From positions 62,001 through 115,899 of the forward strand of contig JAUGWO010000002.1 in assembly GCA_049724395.1 (NCBI GenBank): a DNA stretch of 53,899 nt, given 5' to 3'. The position numbers and the translations under genes are program-made. The notes under the pieces are model-generated. The model saw nothing but the letters and a program-made list of their open reading frames with translations, ran no database searches and was not told the origin of the DNA. Source of the DNA: Spongospora subterranea f. sp. subterranea (Eukaryota). The number at the start of each line of letters is the position of its first letter. Positions within the stretch are counted from its first letter, which is position 1. This document shows, in pieces, positions 49,230 through 53,899 of the stretch.

Positions 49230-51332
49230 CGACCCGATCCGACCCGATCGGAGCCCTAACCCCAACCTCACACTACCATTGTTGTAGAGCAGAATGCTGA
49301 GCAACGTATAGCGAAGGTTCTTATCACAAACGCAGGAGTTATGGCGAGCAATCGTCATCTGGCCCTAGAGTAGATATGGGTACTACAGACCTAACACAAA
49401 GTGTTAGGAACTGCGCCCGAGATACACAGTTACCAACTGACCCAAAAGGTACTATGATGGCACAAGGCCATCATTCTCGGGTCCTTATATACCTAAGACT
49501 TTGGATCATGACAGTATCCCCCTGTTTAGGAGCGACCCCCATGACCTTCCAGCCCCCGTGCGACTTCCTAGATTATCCTCTGACTGGTGAGCATATAACA
49601 CAGTTGAGAGAGAAGGAAGAAGACGAAACAATCCAGTCAGGCGGGGAAGTCTGACCACGAAAGGTATATAAGGCAACCCCCATGCCGTAACATGTAAGCC
49701 GCGAGTGACCCCAAAATGCTGTGAACACTAAGGAAATCGAACTCACGACCTTGATAGCCATCATACTGTTAGGAACTGCGCCCGAGATACACAGTTACCA
49801 ACTGACCCAAAAGGTACTATGATGGCACAAGGCCATCATTCTCGGGTCCTTATATACCTAAGACTTTGGATCATGACAGTATCCCCCTGTTTAGGAGCGA
49901 CCCCCATGACCTTCCAGCCCCCGTGCGACTTCCTAGATTATCCTCTGACTGGTGAGCATATAACACAGTTGAGAGAGAAGGAAGAAGACGAAACAATCCA
50001 GTCAGGCGGGGAAGTCTGACCACGAAAGGTATATAAGGCAACCCCCATGCCGTAACATGTAAGCCGCGAGTGACCCCAAAATGCTGTGAACACTAAGGAA
50101 ATCGAACTCACGACCTTGATAGCCATCATACTGTTAGGAACTGCGCCCGAGATACACAGTTACCAACTGACCCAAAAGGTACTATGATGGCACAAGGCCA
50201 TCATTCTCGGGTCCTTATATACCTAAGACTTTGGATCATGACACAAAGGTGTTGAACTCAATCACAAAAAAAAAACATTCCCAGAAATCACAGCTTTCGG
50301 ATCAGTTGGCTCAACCATTGCAACTCTCAAGTTGATAAAGTCAGGTAAAAACGCAGATGGGTATTGGACCAACAGGGATCTTGTAGAGCAGACGAAATAT
50401 TCACTGATTGTCTTTCGGGTGCTTCATCCTAATTCCAAGCCAGCTTTCGCTTTCGATAACTCGCAAAATCACCGAACTATGCCGCTGATGGGCTTGTTGC
50501 TTCAAGGTTAAATCTGTCCGATGGTGGAAAAAATGTAGCGCATGTGAGGTCAGGATGGTATGTTTCCGGTGGAGAACGGGTTACTCAAGACATGCAGTTT
50601 ATCAGCGAGTTTGGTTATGCAAGTAACGGTCTTGTCCAAAAAGGAATTCGTCAGATTCTCAACGAAAGGCGCCTTTGTCCCACTTCTATGATGAGCCTGA
50701 ATGATGCGCGTTTGCTGCTGTCGAGTCAACCCGATTTCCAGTCGCAACAAGAATGGTTAGAAGAAACAGTGTCAAGCGGACGAGGCATAATCAATTTTTA
50801 CCCCAAGTTTCACCCAGAGTTCAACTAGATCGAAACGTTTTGGGGCGCAACGAAAAAGTATACTCGACAGCTCTGCACATGAAACCTTTCCGGTAAATAT
50901 GGATGCTTATCGGGAGAAAAATGGACTATTTCTCAACAATCGGCAAGTTGAATACGCTGTCAAGAAATATCGCTCGCACAGGACTATCCCTCAATCAGTA
51001 TTGGATGACCTTTAATTTATATATATACACATAAGTGTACCATCAAATTGCCAAATATAATCCGTGGGATGGCGATAATATCGTCGGCTGGGCAACTCCG
51101 GGGCCAGCACATCACCTTCAGACCGATTGTGGTGCAAATCAATTCGCCGCTCGTCGTGGTGATTGCTGGCAAGTTGAATACGCTGTCAAGAGATATCGCT
51201 CGCACAGGACTATCCCTCAATCAGTATTGGATGACCTTTAATTTATATATATACACGTAAGTGTACATTAAAATTGCCAAATATAATTTGAATAGGGTTT
51301 GAAATTGTCGGTTTAAGGTGTGATCGCTACTG
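49230..51332 (+). mobile_element. Degenerate Tc1/IS630-like transposon remnant hosting the TRIM
   Basis: IKSGKNADGYWT, FAFDNSQNH, FYPKFHPEFN and VEYAVKKYRSHRTIP. TIR-like end TTAAGGTGTGATCGCTACTG-TA at 51332. Direct ~120-bp duplication at 50942-51061/51168-51288. The left boundary is approximate. Confidence 0.75.
49402..50243 (-). mobile_element. Tandem-array TRIM (miniature LTR retrotransposon): three 112-bp LTRs and two 253-bp internal regions
   Basis: LTRs TG..CA at 49402-49513, 49767-49878 and 50132-50243. The 5-bp TSD CAAAG is at 49397-49401 and 50244-50248. On the minus strand a PPT-like AGGGGGA lies just before the LTRs and TATATAA lies inside each LTR. Confidence 0.92.
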
Positions 51333-51757
51333 TACGACAGTGGGACTCCAACAGGCACGGCGCCACACGTCGACGCTACTTTTTAGCTTGGACCGAACAT
51401 GTTCGACGCGAATTGTGGCTAAAATATGGGGGACGAGAAAAGACTGGTCACATTAACTGGTCACTTCAAAAATTGCGTTGGCGACCAGTTGACCAGCTAA
51501 TTACTAGGGCACGAGAAAAAGCTGATCACATTCTGACTGGGAGATTCAGCCGAAAATATATTGACTGGTCATTGAGTTTGTTGGAAAAAAATATTGTCAA
51601 CGTACACTCAAGTGTATCTCAATGGAGTAATCATCTGCCCCTAAAATATTCTGCTGATGATAGGCGTGTAGCGCCACGGAGTCTGATGACGGAAAAACGG
51701 TAATCACAAAGTCCGTGGCCAACTGCGTCCACTATAGAGCCAAATCAAACTTGCAAG

Positions 51758-53613
51758 ATGACGTCAATGTGGACGATAGTCATGTTTTTTGCGCTAATAG
51801 GCATTGGATTGTCAGGGTTGATCAATGATGGTAATGCTCATAATCAATTTCTGTCATCAGATTGGCTACCACATATACTTGAGAGCAGTAGTGTGGACGT
51901 TGATATAAAACCTGGGTTTTCTGGCATTAAAGAGGAGCAATTCGATTCTCCTCAATTTCTGTCATCAGATTGGCTACCATATATACTTGAGAGCAGTAGT
52001 GTGGGCGTTGATATCAAACCTGAGTTTTCTGGCATTCATAAGGAGCAATTCGAATCTCCAGCTCAGGATCAGATTGAACTCTGCTTCCAACAACCTCCAC
52101 CTGAACCTGTCGGGGAACCCCGTCGCGGTCAAGCTCAAGCACTCCAAGACCTGCACTGTTTTCACATGCAATCTGAATCAAATGTCCAGTTTATCACAAC
52201 TGAGGGGTCGAGCCAAATTTCCCACGGATCCAAATCCCATTGGCTTCAGCCTGATGTATCTGGTCAATTGCAAGCTCAGCATCATCTCCCAATCCGTCAA
52301 CCTCAATCTCAGCAACAAGTTCAACACATTGACTTTCATCTTAATCAATCTCCCAATGATCACCTCTCTTCGGAAGCACTCCCGAACTGCGCCATCCGGA
52401 ATACTATCCAGCGCGAATTGTCACTTCAAATACATTATTTTCGTTTGGTGGACACGTTCGTTCATCAGCATTTGAATGAGCTCTGCTCCCGCCTGGCTCC
52501 AATGATGGTTTACCCCTTATTGATCGAGATTCGCTCAAATCTTTGATGTTTGCGCACATAACAAAAGCGGGCTTTACAAACAACGCTGTGGGACAATTTG
52601 AAGGGATCAATTATACAGATCTGGTCAATTTTTTTGTAGACCGTTTTCCGCTTCGTGGTAAACACCCGTGTTCTTTCACCAGTGCCGAGTTGGGATCTTC
52701 TCCCTATCCGACCAACTCCATGAGTTGATCATCACATCTAGCAAGCATTACTATCGTATAATCAGTCAACCAAAGTCGCTTGCTGAGGTCTCAGACCAAT
52801 TCATGAACGAGACCGACCAGTTACTTTTGTTTGGCATACTCAAGATCATAAGTATGTCAATGGCTCAAATGAATTTCCTCCCTCAACACTATCTTGATAT
52901 TATCAACACGCTCTCTCAGGATACTTTGCCCTTTTTTTTTACGCAGATTACGATTGATGACGCGATTGGCAACTCGAAAGACGCCGTTGTGGACAACTCG
53001 AAGGCCGAACGTATATTCTGGTCATTCGACCGCATCTGCTTACATCCTGTAAAGTTGCGCTGGAAAAATGTCGAACATTCTTCCGCGATCGCCGTTCCAT
53101 GGATATAATTGAAACGACCGTGTTTTCTCAGTTTTTCCGTAGAATCGTCACCAAGGCCTCAACCTTGAATTTTGTTCAGAGGCAGAATGTGTTTAATGTA
53201 GAGATGGGCATCATGGAGCAATTCTTGACTGGGAAGTTACCACCCAATCGGTTGTCCTTTTTCAATTTATCGCGTCGTCCTCAGTTGCCTGAGCCCTTAG
53301 ATCTTCCTTCCAATCTAGTACACGATTTACTGTGCAAGTTCAAACAGGGGCTCAAAGCACGTTTCAAGTTTAATCAATCGTAAACATGCTGCTCCATCGT
53401 CTTCCAAATCGCTGTTTAAATCGACCTGATGAACTGGAATGGATCGATCCTAATACAACACGGCAAAATTTCTCTTCAAATTGCATTATTACGGCTGGTT
53501 GGAGACTTTGTGGTCGTTCGCAGGATGACCAGCGAGAGAAACTTAAACTCTTATTTGAAAACTCAATCAACATCTTACAATTGTTCTTGACTATTGATTG
53601 TACCTGGTGTTGA
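51758..53613 (+). CDS. Secreted hypothetical protein (effector candidate) broken into overlapping frames (pseudogene or assembly indels)
   Basis: Signal peptide MTSMWTIVMFFALIGIGLSG, a 108-bp internal duplication (QFLSSDWLP..EQF twice), and five consecutive + strand ORFs each shifted by one frame. Confidence 0.55.
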
Positions 53614-53899
53614 CAGATAGTTTGGTGAGGAGTGGAAGAGACATACACGCGCCCGCCGCATTTTTTTATAGTTGATGAGTTTCATTGCTTCGTTCTATTG
53701 CTTTTGAGTTGTCATTGTCAGATGTGTCACTTTTTTGGTGGACATGACTAGGAACGTAATGAATGTGATCTAATTACGGGATATTATCGCTGGCAGTCGA
53801 GCAGAGTCTGCCACAACTGCATATAATCTTCGAGGGTTGATAGGTAATGATCGGAATTGACTTACCCATGATAGCGAGTCTGTCGTTATGTGAATCATT

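Noticed and set aside
49228..49270. CCCGA repeats and CCCTAACCCC as an interstitial telomere
   Set aside because: Only one telomere-like unit is present, which is too short to support the call.
49376..50129. Short ORFs within the 365-bp repeat
   Set aside because: They cross LTR/internal boundaries of a non-coding TRIM and show no gag or pol motifs.

Overview
Eukaryotic nuclear DNA from a compact, intron-rich protist genome with mostly 49-61 nt GT-AG introns and ciliary genes. A plasmodiophorid/Phytomyxea-like rhizarian is my inference and is not proven. Bases 1 to ~37,000 are gene-dense: BMS1 3' part, DNAAF5, a PPR protein, a secreted C-type-lectin-like protein, an anoctamin, an intronless CDPK-like kinase with a +1 frameshift, CBS, a GNAT, a long coiled-coil protein, an OS-9/ERLEC1 lectin, RPL35A, two probable ciliary proteins, a MADS-box factor whose ATG is split by an intron, NMNAT, snurportin-1, METTL18 and a Dad4 (DASH/Dam1) subunit. 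This part also holds two minisatellites. Bases ~37,200-51,330 form a nested transposon island. It contains Tc1/IS630-like elements with TA target-site duplications and very long second-D-to-E spacing (~118 and ~165 aa), a DD39D-type mariner relic, a pogo with a PHD-like finger, and PIF/Harbinger elements. It also contains four fold-back inverted duplications of transposon coding sequence and a three-LTR tandem TRIM whose PBS is complementary to its own predicted transcript start (Tf1-like self-priming). A frameshifted secreted-protein gene closes the window. All calls come from manual translation and motif recognition; no database searches were run.
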